Notes: generated by a model from the sequence alone, not told the origin. Shown: positions 12,910 to 25,751, counted from the stretch's first letter. The stretch: DNA of 64,000 nucleotides from Negaprion brevirostris (GCA_030324005.1 JARDVH010000137.1:10163462-10227461); one strand, 5' to 3'. A program made the numbers and translations.

Positions 12910-14848
12910 CTAAATAGAAAGAAAATGTGATAATGTCACACAGTGGGTATAAAACAAGGAATTTCTGCTGAATCTCATTCACACCATTTCCCAGTTTCAT
13001 CTTAGCATAATTTTTTTAAAATAAAACCTCAAATACATGTTATCCATCAATAGTAGGGGTTTTCTGCTATCCAACTGAGACTTGTTAGGGCCAGAGTTAA
13101 AAGAACAATATATAGCGGATTCTAGAAATCTGAAATTTAAAAAAAAACTCAGCTGGACTGGAAATGTGTATACTTCAGGTTAATGACCTTTCGGCAGAAT
13201 AGCAGTGTGGGACTGAGTCGCGTATAATTCAGACTAGACAGGAAAACAGGACTCTTGAAGAGCACTACTGAAATGGTTAGATTTTTATAAAAAAAGTCTC
13301 ACTGCTTTCACATCTGCCACGTTACAAGATTTATTGGACTCTTCCGATAGTGATTACTTGAATTCATGACTGTTGCATTGCCAGGTCAGTGCACAAATAC
13401 AGGGTGTTCTGGGAATACTATTATTTTCCCCTTTCCAAAACATTATTACAGATTTAAAAACAATGGCCAAGAACCAAGAGAGTTAGACTCAGAAAACAGC
13501 AAGAACGAGAAAGGGTCTGTTATGCAAGTCAAACACGATCTCCTCATGTATTGGAACCCGTGCCACTGACAATACCAATGCATTACACCAGCCAGCAAGC
13601 AGCAAGGTTACTACCTAGGAATGCAGTGAAAAAAACTGCAGTTACAGAAGGGAGAAGTGTGAAGATGCCCTTAATCCATAGTTAGTACTACATTCATAAG
13701 AACATAAGAAATAGGAGCAGGAGTAGGCCATCTAGCCCTTCGAGCCTGCCCCGCCATTCAATAANNNNNNNNNNNNNNNNNNNNNNNNNNNNNNNNNNNN
13801 NNNNNNNNNNNNNNNNNNNNNNNNNNNNNNNNNNNNNNNNNNNNNNNNNNNNNNNNNNNNNNNNACCCCTGGGGCACTCAACTCACTATATCTTTAATTT
13901 TCATTTCTAAGTCTCAAGTGAAACTTTTTTTTACAAAGCACTATTAATACACCTTCCAAACAGTAGCCCTGATATTGTGATGTGAACAAACATTACAGCA
14001 TGGCATATACTATGACTGCACCACCACCCAAACCCATGTGCAATGTGCAAGACAAAGGACACACAAGGAACTTTTGCTGAGCACAAAGCAAGCTGCAGCA
14101 ATAAATGAAATAAAAAAAAGACTCAAGATTCTGATGTCAAGCAGCATCAGTGAGAAACAGTCAGCCTGAATAATTAATAAAATTGTTAGAAATCTGATGT
14201 ATTGGGACTTGCTGAGTATTTCCAGCATTTCAAGTTTTTATTTCAGATTTCCAGCACCTGCAGTATTTTGTTTTTGTTGTAGCAAACAAGCAGGCCTGCT
14301 TCAATCCCATGCCATCATACGTTCTAGGCTAAACACGCAATTTATCCATTGCAAAAGCTATTTATCCAATAAACTGCAACATCTTTTGGTGAAAAATTGA
14401 GGCAGTACCAATCATACTGGACAGTTAGTTATTGAAAACTAGTGACTTTAGCATGACCACCACTATGGGACTAAGTAGAGTTATCTATATGTGACAGGAT
14501 CTAAGAGTTAACAACAGTAAGAGGGCTTGAAATATTAACATTCACATACAACTGGAATGGGAGTTGTCTTACATAATTTAAGGGAAAAACATCACAAGAT
14601 TGCTTCAACTATTATGATGATAATTACAGCACTTTAAAAGAAATTGTCCTTCCTGTGTATTAAGGAGGGTTAGGTACATTCCACAACCACCTTGCACCAA
14701 GTCTACACCCAGTTCAATGCTTGTTATGATTAAAGAATCATACAAGTCAGTGCAGGACTTTTTTTTTTCTATAGTATACATTTTGTGCTTGATTGCCATA
14801 TATTTCCCTCATTAGCACCAGTCAATGTCTAGATCAACAGCCGCTCAC

Positions 14849-15047
14849 CTGNNNNNNNNNNNNNNNNNNNNNNNNNNNNNNNNNNNNNNNNNNNNNNNNN
14901 NNNNTAGACGTCATATTGTTTTGGAAGCTGAGGTGGTGTAGGAAGCTTTGGTTTAAGATCGGGCTGGCCTGTGGTCTGATAGTCCGCAGGATGTGAATTT
15001 GAAAGGTCACCATTAGGCACTAATGAAATATCCTGACCCATCATGCG
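14849..15047 (-). CDS. BAIAP2: Exon 9 (199 nt including a 53-N gap), linker: RMMGQDISLVPNGDLSNSHPADYQTTGQPDLKPKLPTPPQLPKQYDV...
   Basis: Boundaries aatttcag|CGC ATG...CAG|gtgagc. It resembles IRSp53 RMSAQESTPIMNG..., and its length gives the phase 1 that exon 10 requires. Partly hidden by Ns at 14852-14904. Confidence 0.85.
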
Positions 15048-16696
15048 CTGAAATTGAAACAGAAAAAGTAATTAATTATTCAGTATCTAACTTAACGGTG
15101 TGTGAAAATGAAAATAAAATGTTCTAAAATATACATATTTCATATCCTTGTAACTACATAAAGGCAAAAGTATCAGATTTCCATTATTTTAGTTGTACAA
15201 CATTTGTCATCAGCCTTCAAGATTTTTCCCTTCAGTAATAAGTCTTGCATATTAACTTACATTTAACAAGTTACGTGAATATTTAGATAAGTTAGCAACA
15301 TTAACCTGTGTGCAATTAAAAATCCATTTGCTGTCTTGCCACTTACTTTAACAGCTTGGCAAAATTCATATTGAAGGATTGCAATCACACACAAATTACA
15401 GCTCAGAAACTGGCCATTCAGCCCCAATCAATATGAGCTGGTATTTAGCCTCCACATGAAATAAGTGGTCTAATCCCAGATGCCTAACTTCTTCCAATAT
15501 TGCTTTATTCCTTTTTCATTCAAATACCTCTCCAACTTAGTGTTACATGTTGATATTGCTTCCTTTTCGATCATTAAATCTAATGGTGCATTCAACAATG
15601 TCAAGTACTTTAATAAAAGCTTCTTCTTCTTTATCTTACCTAAATGGGAATAAAATGGAACTCCAAAAATGAGAACAATGACTAGTTGGTCATGGGCAAT
15701 AGATAAGTACAAAATAAAGTTAAAGCCCTAGAAATCTGAGAGTCTGTTTACAGTGTCTCAGCACTAACAGTCCACACTCAAATGGAGGTTCAAGGGGTTG
15801 GGATTTTGGACCTTAAGATATCATCATGCAGAGTGAACAGTGGGTTTGTGCTTCACCAGGTATGACTGCAGTACATGATTGTAGGCTGGGTCTCAGTGTG
15901 ATTGGGTTAGGGGTAGGTTGGAAAAGATCACAATGGTCTGCACTAATTATTAAGGGAGTAGAATATCAGGATGGCAGGGTCAAGTCTCGAGGTCTGAGTA
16001 AGGAGTGAGGTCAAAGATCTCAGGACCAGAAGTGGCAGTGATTTAGGTGCTAATCTTTTATCAGTCGTTTGGTTTTCCAGGAAGCAATCAATCCTTGGGT
16101 GCAAATCAAAGTTGCAAGAGGGAATCGAGTGTTATGTCTCTTATTTAAATATGTTAATTGCCTTACACCTAGTTCTGATAGAGATAAAGGACACCTCTTA
16201 ATTGACTCTTACCAAAATGCATCCAGTGTGGTCTGCAACAAAATTATGCACACACGTGGAAATCATTTTGGACATATAGCCCTCATAGCGTTGACAAACT
16301 GGATGCGATAGAACCACATTTCTAGCCCAGTGAACCCAAGAGCTAGCACACATTTGTTTCCCCATACATCAGCTTTAGGTTTTGCATTAGTTTTGTACAA
16401 TGATGCTAGTCACTTATCATAAGGAGTCAACCATAAAGGAATTTGGTTAGGTGATCAACAGTTCTTTTATGCTATATCCTCATTGCCTTTTTATTAATTC
16501 CACAACACCAAGTGCCAAGGACAAGTAATTATACAGAAATCAATTCCATTAATTCAAAAAAATTAGATGCTTAGTCATATTTTTATTTGCAGTAAAACAG
16601 AAACCTTATTCAATAACTCTAAGTTAATGGCAGCAGAATGGACAGGTTTGCTTTCTCGAAGTAACCCTGGATACAATTTAGACAATCTATCTACTT

Positions 16697-17056
16697 CATA
16701 GATTAGAATCCCTACAGTGCAGAAGGAGGCCATTCAGCCCATTGAGTCTGCACTGACAACAATCCCATCCAGATCCTAACCCCGCAATCCTACATAGGCC
16801 CTATCCCTGTAATCCCACATATTTACCCTGCTAATCCCTCTAACGTACATATCCAGGGACACGAAGGAACAATTTAGCATGGCCAATGCACCCTAACCTG
16901 CACATTTTTGGACAGTGGGAGGAAGCCTGAGCACCTGGAGGAAACCCACACAGACATGGAGAATGCACAAACTCTACACAGACAGTGAACCAAACCGGGA
17001 ATCAAACCCAGGTCCCTGGAGCTGCGAGGCAGTAGTGCTAACCACTGTGTCATCGT
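16697..17056 (-). mobile_element. HE1 V-SINE, full length
   Basis: tRNA-like head, V-core and CR1-type tail (gaatggcctccttctgcactgtagggattc). Confidence 0.88.
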
Positions 17057-19169
17057 GACATACTTATTAAATCTGAAGAACTTTACAGAATATCAATGCA
17101 CTGAAAGATAAAAACCAATGAACATAAATTAGACCAAAATTAATTCAATCTCAAAACAAACCCACAGATACCAGTATTCCTACTGAAATCTTTGCAAAGA
17201 TATTTTAATTATAGTGTGAATAACTGGTCAGTATGCCCCAGTCTTACTGGGGCAAGATTAATGGAAATCACTGTTAAGGTAGACAGTGACTGACAACTTC
17301 AATTCATGCTTGCATTAGAACTTAAAAATTATGCATGGTGTACATTGTGCAGATTAATAAATGTGTTGTAAATCAATCTCCTTGCAGAATGTGTGGCACC
17401 ATGCAATTATTTCTCAGATAGGTTTTGGGTCGCAAATTGTTTGACATCTGCTGTCATTGCCACTCACTGATTAGCTATTGGGAAGCATTATTCAAGTACA
17501 ATTAAATCAGTTATTTTTCTCTTGCTACTGTAATAAAGAACTTGGTATTAGCAACGTCAAGCTAGGCCAACTTAACTGGTTGGGTCTTAACTAGTCTAGG
17601 CTCGAGTGTTCCAATTCTTAGAGCTATTGCAGTACACAGTTTATCCTTGAAAACACTATGCAGCAATGGGGAAATGGTGAAAGGATCAGCTAGACATCTG
17701 TTAAGTCCAGTTTCACAATAAGCACAGATCATTTATCTCATTATTGCAGCAGCACCCAAGTTCTACCTATTGGTTAAACAGTTGAGCGCTGTTGATTGTA
17801 TCCAGAGTCTTTTCCAGTGGAATCAAGCCATAAAAGTTACATTTTGACCTTGATTTGATAGATTTGAAGACAATTCCATAGCCGAGTAATACCAATGATA
17901 TGAACTGAATTATAAAGTGCGCACATGAAACCTCAGTACTAAAAATGCTTAATTTGACAAGCTCCTCTAGTGCACCAGTCACTAATTCCATCCATTACTA
18001 TTAGAATACCTCAGATTAATTCAGATCAGTTGCTGCGGTTGTCGAACAAATCAATAACCAGGACATCAACTACTCCCAAGAATAAGGAAGAATATGAAAA
18101 CTCACAACCGCGAACTACTACCAACCAATTTCCAATAGACAATCTGTCAAACATGAAACTACAGTTGCAGTCTCCCAGCTGCAAGATAATAGGGTAAAAG
18201 GCTAGGTATTGGCTTATTAAGAAGGGGACTGAAGAGAAAGAATCAATACATAAATAGTTTTGATATTCAGAATGTTAGGTAGTTCACTATAAATTGATTT
18301 GAATTTAATTAAGATATATAACTGCAATAGTGTTGGGAGAAGAAACACAAACTATTCAGTGAATAAGAAAGTGTTAGTTTAGAGACTGGTGTTTGTTAAT
18401 TGCGTAAACCTGTATTGCATCTACAACTGCCAGTTGCAGTGCATTAATAAACCTTAACAACATTTCACAATTCTTCTTTTATGTAAGTGCAATGCCACTT
18501 ATTATGACTTCATCAGCACTGACTTTATGGGATTACTGAAGGAGGTTAATTCAGCTTAATTACATAAAAGATTGCATCCACATTAAAAGTAAATTTTCAG
18601 TCTCATAAGAGTTGCTGTTACTTCCAGTTGATCAGGGTCCCAGAAAAATCTCTAGGGATAGAAATCCTCCAGAAGAGAACATGTGACCAATTTCAGGGGG
18701 AAAAAAACCTTGGTATATAAAGGAAATCAAATAAATTCAGCAAGACCTTGTTTCTCAATATATGCTTAAGGAACTTATCTAACTCACTGTCCCTAACCCA
18801 TGCCACCTCCCATCATATAATATGTAATGAGTGGGAAGAGATGAAGGAATTCCCTCCACAACTCCCTGTATTAGCATAAGTGGTGGTGTTGTTGAAAACG
18901 ATTAAATCCAATTTGGACTCTGGTAGGCAGAACAGGGAAGCCCTCTAGTTGATATGTGGGCATGATGTTTTACTGTCACATTGCTTCAAAAACAATAGTA
19001 TAATTAGATAAACCGAGTGGCAGCATTAAACGAGAACACAAAATACTACCTTTATATTTCACAAGGATTCTATTCATGAATAAAAAGAGATTAATGTATT
19101 CACGCCATTTAACAAAATTAGGACAGTTTCAAACACACTAAACTGACTGACAAAAAAATCAATACTTAC

Positions 19170-19421
19170 AGGACCTTGACCCAATCCACCTCCACCAACA
19201 AAAGGTGCAAGTTCTGGTGGTACTGGGAGAGGTTTAGCACCTGGAATGGGGTCCGATATAATCAGCCCTGATTTGGTGGTAGCAACGGGTTCAGAGATAA
19301 GGGTTCCTCCATTGCCTGAAGACATCTGCTGCACCAATGACAATGCACGGTCAGGTATTTTGGAGGGATCACTGCAGGACTGTTGCCAGCCAGGAAGCTT
19401 TTGTGTTATCATATCCTTGCC
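19170..19421 (-). CDS. BAIAP2: Exon 8 (252 nt, phase 0/0): end of IMD plus CRIB-PR motif, GKDMITQKLPGWQQSCSDPSKIPD...GLIISDPIPGAKPLPVPPELAPFVGGGGLGQGP
   Basis: Boundaries ttttaacag|GGC...CCT|gtaagt; ISDPIPGAKPLPVPPELAPF is the Cdc42-binding partial CRIB/proline-rich motif characteristic of BAIAP2. Confidence 0.96.
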
Positions 19422-19634
19422 CTGTTAAAAGAACAAAACAACTTAGAGACCTCTTCAGATGAATCAATCCTTCAATGTTTTTAATTTAAACAAATTGAGG
19501 GACAAAAATCTAATAAAGGACATTGTTATACAATTATTAATATTCAAGACAAAGTTGAGAAGAAGTAAAACTCTGATAAAAGAAGCCATATCATTAAAAC
19601 ATATTCAATGTGTCTGCAAAATATAATTGCCTAA

Positions 19635-20140
19635 TCTGAACCCATTGCTACCACCAAATCAGGGCTGATTATATTGGACCCCATTCCAGGCGCTAAACCT
19701 CTCCCAGTACCACCAGAACTTGCACCTTTTGTTGGAGGTGGAGGATTGGGTCAAGGTCCTGTAAGTATTGATTTTTGTCAGTCAGTTTAGAGTGTCTGAA
19801 ACTGTCCTAATTTTGTTAAAAGGCCCGAATAATTTAATCTATTTTTATTCATGAATAGAATCCTTGTGCAGTATAAAGATAGTATTTTGTGCTCTCACTT
19901 AATGCTGTCACTCGGTTTATCTAATTATACTATTGTTTTTGAAGCAATATGACAGTAAAACATCATGCCCACATATCAACTAGAGGACTTCCCTGTTCCG
20001 CCTACCAGAGTCCAAATTGGTTTTAATCGTTTTCAACAACACCACCACTTATGCTAATACAGGGAGTTATGCAGGGAATTCCTTCACCTCTTCCCACTCA
20101 TTACATGTCATATGATGGGAGGTGGCACAGATTAGGGACA
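19635..20140 (+). repeat. Inverted duplicate of 18788-19295 (3' half of exon 8, its donor and 382 nt of intron 8)
   Basis: Hand alignment to the reverse complement of 18788-19295 gives 33 substitutions and one 2-nt gap (~93% identity); the spacer is 339 bp. Confidence 0.97.
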
Positions 20141-20400
20141 ATCCATTTGTATACAGCCATGGCTGTTGATTGTGTTTCACAGCTTAAGGAGTCAGAGGTT
20201 TACAGCATAAGCCCTTGAGCCCAACTTGTCCATGCCATTTTTTTTAAACCCCTAAGCTAATCCCAATTGCCCGCAATAGAGTCAGCTGAACCATTTCCAA
20301 TTGTCTATGCACCTTGAGGCATATAACTTTGAAAATGCAAGTTATTCTGCATGTGTCAGATAATCTGCAAATTTTTAAAATTAAGGTAACTTCACTCCGT

Positions 20401-20540
20401 ATAGAACCATAGAAAATTACAGCTCAGAAACAGGCCTTTTGGCCCTTCTTGTCTGTGCCAAGCCCCTTTTTGCGTAGTCCACTGACCTGCACTTGGACCA
20501 TATCCCTCCCCACACCCCTCTCATCCATGAACCCGTCCAA
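20401..20540 (-). mobile_element. CR1 LINE 3' tail
   Basis: Plus strand reads atagaaccatagaaaattacagctcagaaacaggccttttggccc...ttggaccatatccctc, the reverse complement of a CR1 tail. Confidence 0.75.
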
Positions 20541-21261
20541 GATATATCAAATCTATCCACATGACAAACAGCCACTATAAGAAAGTTAGAAGAAACTATT
20601 ATTTATTATATATACACTTGTGTTGATGAATATAATTTCCACTCTTCAATGCTATGAAACTTTTGCTTGGGTAATTATCAGTAACAAAAATGAGATCCCT
20701 AGATGGCCCAGCTAATCACTTGGAATGTTACAAAGTTCCATTTTTGGATTTGTGCCAAATTAGATGGTTGCAACTGAACGGTGCTACAAATTGCATGTAA
20801 AAAGGCACAGCCAGAGCCTTTGCTCATTCTTAATCATCATCCAGTAATCTTACACATCAGAAAAGTTTGTTGAGGACAGAAGCAGAATTGGCTGTGAAAT
20901 CCTTCAAGATCAAGTAGCCTGCTGACACTTACTGTCAACGGACAGAAATGTTTGGTACATGGGTGAAGTATGGAGGATAACAGAACAGTACACTGGGAAT
21001 GAATCAATACCTTCAGGGGCAGTAAGGACAATGAGCAAACTGACAAGGAAAAGAAAGGGAACTAACAGAAGAAAAGGAAGCTGATTTTTAAAAAAGTTTC
21101 ATTTTTCTTCAGGATACACAATACAAAGATCTACTGTGGTGTTAAGCATTTGATATGGGTGTGTACTACTGTAACAACAGTAGCTCAATTATTTGAGGTA
21201 CCACTTTCAAAATCAAGGTAATGTTAAACATCATAACCGTGGAACATTGTGTGATACTGAG

Positions 21262-21616
21262 CAATGCCGATCAGGGACAGGCTAAATCCGAATCTCTGTC
21301 TCTGCTCAATGAGCTGATTTTATTTAGGATGACAGTTGGGCATTACAGTTGTCCCCAAGAGGAAAAATTGCAGGAACAATGTGAACAAGTAAACTTCAGC
21401 TGAGGACAGCACTGGTCTCAACTGCAATAATGCTGATCAGGAACAGGCCAAATCTGAACTTCAGTCTCTGCTCAATGAGCTGATTTTATCTAGGATGACA
21501 GTTGGGTATTAGGAATGTCTCCAAGCCTACGTAAAAGGTTGTAAACGGAAAAGTTACAGGAACAATATAAACAGGTAGGCTTCAGCTGAGGGCAGCGCTG
21601 ATCTCAACTGTGATAC
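21262..21616. repeat. Diverged tandem duplication, two units of ~170-190 bp
   Basis: Units start at ~21263 and ~21429 and share ctctgctcaatgagctgattttat.taggatgacagttggg and cttcagctgagg.cagc.ctg.tctcaactg. Confidence 0.9.
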
Positions 21617-21827
21617 TCACAGCACTATTTACATATAAAGAATGGTCAGCTGAAATGCTAATGAAGGCCTAGTGACACCAGGGGACAAAATGCCATCTTT
21701 AGGTTAGGGGAGAAATATGGAAGATATATAAAAAACACATTTCTTCATTCCTCTTTGAACATTTTTAAAAAGCTGCAATGTTGTGGTTTAGATTTACTTA
21801 ATTTGAAAGGATTAGCAAATTACTTAC

Positions 21828-21980
21828 CCTGCTGTGGTATACCATGCTATTCTTGGCAACTGCACACTGCTTTTCCACCAGAAAGCAGTACCGCCTACGT
21901 TCTTCACTCAATGCCGTTTTGTAACCACTTCCAACATGGCTCTCCAGATCAGATTGCTTTTTGCTTATTGTCTCCACAAA
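21828..21980 (-). CDS. BAIAP2: Exon 7 (153 nt), IMD: FVETISKKQSDLESHVGSGYKTALSEERRRYCFLVEKQCAVAKNSMVYHSR
   Basis: Boundaries ctctgtag|TTT...AGG|gtaagt; contains the EERRR(F/Y)CFLV signature of I-BAR proteins. Confidence 0.96.
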
Positions 21981-23777
21981 CTACAGAGGTTAGAGGCGAG
22001 GAGAGAGAAAAATAAAATAAAAGGTTCTAAGAAATGATGACACAGGAAGGAGAAAATTTTCAATTACGACTGGCACACTTATGTAATTAAGTTAATGTGG
22101 GTACAATCTGAAATATAAATTAAACTACTGTAAACTAAATTTACACCACAAAATTTTAGTTTTGATTAAATCAGTGATTATTCAGCATAAAGTCAAACCC
22201 ACATTTTTAACCTGTGCTTACAATCAGGACATGTGATCCATTGTAAAGTGGCAATGTAATAATAGTGAATTAATGATAATTGTTTATAAAGTTATTAGCA
22301 GGGATATGTTTATTCAATGTGATTCCACAATTTACAATATACTTTACAGACAACAGGCTAGATAGCATTAGACATGATTAGAATTGATCTTCATCATGCA
22401 AATTCCCAAAGAGTTCCAAGGACAATTCAACAGTTCTTATTGCCATTGCTCTGGTGCTGAGTCACCAACCATTAAACTTCTTGAACTCAATTCACAACAA
22501 GCTACAGTGGGATTCAAGTTGATNNNNNNNNNNNNNNNNNNNNNNNNNNNNNNNNNNNNNNNNNNNNNNNNNNNNNNNNNNNNNNNNNNNNNNNNNNNNN
22601 NNNNNNNNNNNNNNNNNNNNNNNTTGATTTCTGGATTGTTAGGATTACAACATTGTCTAAAATGTTTGGCTATAGAGTAATAAGCTCAGTAAAAACCAGT
22701 TCTATGATTATGCCTTTCTTCCTGACAAATGTCAGGACAGTACAAATAACCATCTTTTCTGCCACTGTTAATTGCACATCACATGTGAAACCTTTGTCAC
22801 AGCTGATATTATATCAAAATAAGGCAATGCATCTATACCTAGATATGTTATAACATATTTGTTACAACATAAAACTTCAGAAAGTACTGGGAAAATAGAA
22901 TTTGTGACCAGTCACCACTACAGTAACAAAGTACCACAGGGTAAGGACCACTGGAGCTGGCTGTCTATTCTCCTGGTTCATGGACATGATCCCATTAATG
23001 TGATAGGGTGAATTGCCTAATGGAGAGGCAGAAGCAGAAGTTGCATCGAAAAGTGAAATATTATCTTTCATGAAGGTAAAAAGTTAAGTAAACTTTTAAT
23101 CAAACATTCCTAAACCTCCTTCCATCACAAGTTGATTAAACATTGGCACTTCAAACAGCCTGGTCCTGTGATGTGAGGAGATAATTGCAGTGAAATCAAA
23201 GTTGATTCCCTGGGTGGGCACCAAACATCTGCCTCTTCCAACCCACAAAATGAAGAACTGAAAATATATTCTGCCTTTTACAAAGGCCTCCAGCAATCCT
23301 TAACTGGTTTGCTTGCTCAGTCTCTGGTAGAACTAGACAGTTCAAAGATGACGAAAGCTCTGTCCATATGCTCCTTTAATGTAAGTAAGGTCCTACGCTA
23401 GAAATGTAGTTACCTAATACAAGATTTAAGAAGCCTAATACATGATTTAAGGAGCCTAATACACGATTCAAGCAGGCGAGCCAGATGAGAAAGTCACCAG
23501 AGTCAAGATGATGCGTGATGTGACGAATCACACTATGAAATTCGGAGGCTTAATGCCAACTTTATGTAGAAAAAAACAAGCGACTATAAATTTTATTTCT
23601 CTCCATTGTATTAGCTGTGGCTTGATGGTTACAAATTTGATAGGTGTGAAGATTGGAGTCACTGAAACAGAGATTGATTATGAATGCTAATTTCTACCAA
23701 TCTCTGTTAGCTGGCTTGTGGTCAAATGCAAATCCTAAAGGTTTAGCATGAAAGCAAGTTGGGCGGAAGGCAGTTTA

Positions 23778-24112
23778 GGGCAGCACGGTAGCACAGTGGT
23801 TAGCACTGCTGCTTCACAGCTCCAGGCACCTGGGTTCAAGTCCCGACTTAGGTCACTGTCTGTGTGGAGTTTGCACATTCTCCTCGTGTCTGTGTGTATT
23901 TCCTCCAGGTGCTCTGGTTTCCTCCCACAATCCAAAGGTGTGCGGATTAGGTCGATTGGCCACGTTAAAAATTGCCCCTTAGTGTTCCGAGATGCATAGG
24001 TTAGAGGGATTAGCGAGTAAATTAGGGCCTGGGTGGGATTGTGGTCAGTGCAGACTCAATGGGCCGAATGGCCTCTTTATGTACTGTAGGGTTTCTACAA
24101 TCTATGATCTAT
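23778..24112 (+). mobile_element. HE1 V-SINE, full length
   Basis: gggcagcacggtagcacagtggttagcactgctgcttcacagc...gggccgaatggcctc...ctgtagggtttcta. Confidence 0.9.
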
Positions 24113-25751
24113 AAGTGGAACCTCACAAAATAAAAAGCTGCACCCTGGTGCACTACCAACTAAATTTGCATAAAAATTAAATTTAAAGCTTGCAGAAGGT
24201 CAAAGGACAAAGCAATTCTACTTTTGAGTCCAAGAACAGTGTCATCTTACCTCAGAGCTAAATCAAAACTAATCCTTTACTGCAGATAAAATACATCTCT
24301 TTCTTTGCTCATTTCAAAGATCAAATGAAATAAACTCCAGTTTACTAGAAAACTTATATGGTCTAAAAAAATTACTCAAATATAATGAGAAACTGAAAAA
24401 AATTAAATGATGCTTAGTTTCTCCCATGATGGTTAATGAGAAATAAAACATTCACACCAGTATGAAGCAGGAAATAGCTATATAAAGTGAAAATCAACCA
24501 TGCTGTACACAATATGGAGCTGTTCACTACAAATACTGATCTGCCAAAAGTACAACTATCTCATTCTGCAATACGGTCCACTAACGTTAGTGATATGACT
24601 AAGGGGGAAAAAGAGACCAAAAAATATAATCAACTTTATTAAGACATTAAAGTATGGCCACTGAGCAAGAAGAAATATAACGAAAATCAGTGCTGTATCG
24701 AAAGAGTAATGAAGAAAAAACCTATGCTGCTCGATTTTAGGTTAAAATTAATAGTTAACAAAGGAACATTGGTAAGACAAGACAGTTCCTTGACATTTCG
24801 TTGACAAGGCAAAGGGAGCTCATTTTTTCAATCAAATATTTGAGTTTAAAAGGTGGAGAAAGAAGCAACTACATCACAACAAGAGTGAACCCCTCACTCA
24901 TACTGTGGAGGAAGGATTATGATTTGGAAATATAGAGCTAAATTGAGACCTCCAAGGGATTATGCTTATTTGGGATTTGGCAGTGAACAAAAGGCAAGCT
25001 GTGGATTTAGATTTAAACACAGTGGTTTTCATGAACTTAATTAAAGCATATCAAAAAGACTACAATCAAAGATGTTCCTCAAGAGTTAAAGCTTTTACTC
25101 GTATTTCAGAAGAAAATTAGTTGAGTAAGTCAGATCAGCCAATCGATGTACAATTAGAAATCCGGAGTTGCAATAGTTAAGTGATGGGAGGACAGATAAA
25201 GTCACACCCAACACAAAGAATGCCTCAGACTGAATTCACAAGGAAGCTGAACATAACTGCAGAAATGAGAGGTTAACAGAAACAGGTTATGCAAATGACG
25301 ATGTCTGTAATTATTAGCATCCTGTGAGATGCTAATTAAAATATGCTAAAACAAGCAGATTTTTCAATATACATGCTCATTTGCACTCAAGTCTGCCTTT
25401 TGCTTTGAAGAGCATTGCATTTTTACCTTCCAGAGAAAAAAATCCTTGAAATTCCTATGTTGGTAAGATTTCCATACATCTTTGATCTTCAATTATTGCA
25501 TAGAAATGTCATTTTTCATGACTCATAACACTATTCCAATAGAAATGTGCTGTTGCCATAGCTACAGGAAATAGGTCAGAGCAGAACTTCTTTTCATAGT
25601 TGGAGCAGCATTATTTAAGGGATGAAACAAATAGTTAAAAAGCATTTGGCATCTCCAGCTAATACAACGGCTTTGTTATCAATTGCTCAAGTTACCCAAA
25701 AATCAGGGAACAAGTAATGCTGTTAAAAATTTTTTTTTAATGTTCTTAAGG

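Noticed and set aside
19635-19766. Plus-strand exon-like copy (SEPIATTKSGLIILDPIPGAKPLPVPPELAPF..|gtaagt) as part of a second gene
   Set aside because: It starts mid-exon with no acceptor, no other plus-strand exons exist, and the CRIB Ser is changed to Leu. It is a duplicated fragment, not a gene.
23778-23860. tRNA-like sequences at SINE heads
   Set aside because: These are A/B-box heads continuing into SINE cores, not standalone tRNA genes.
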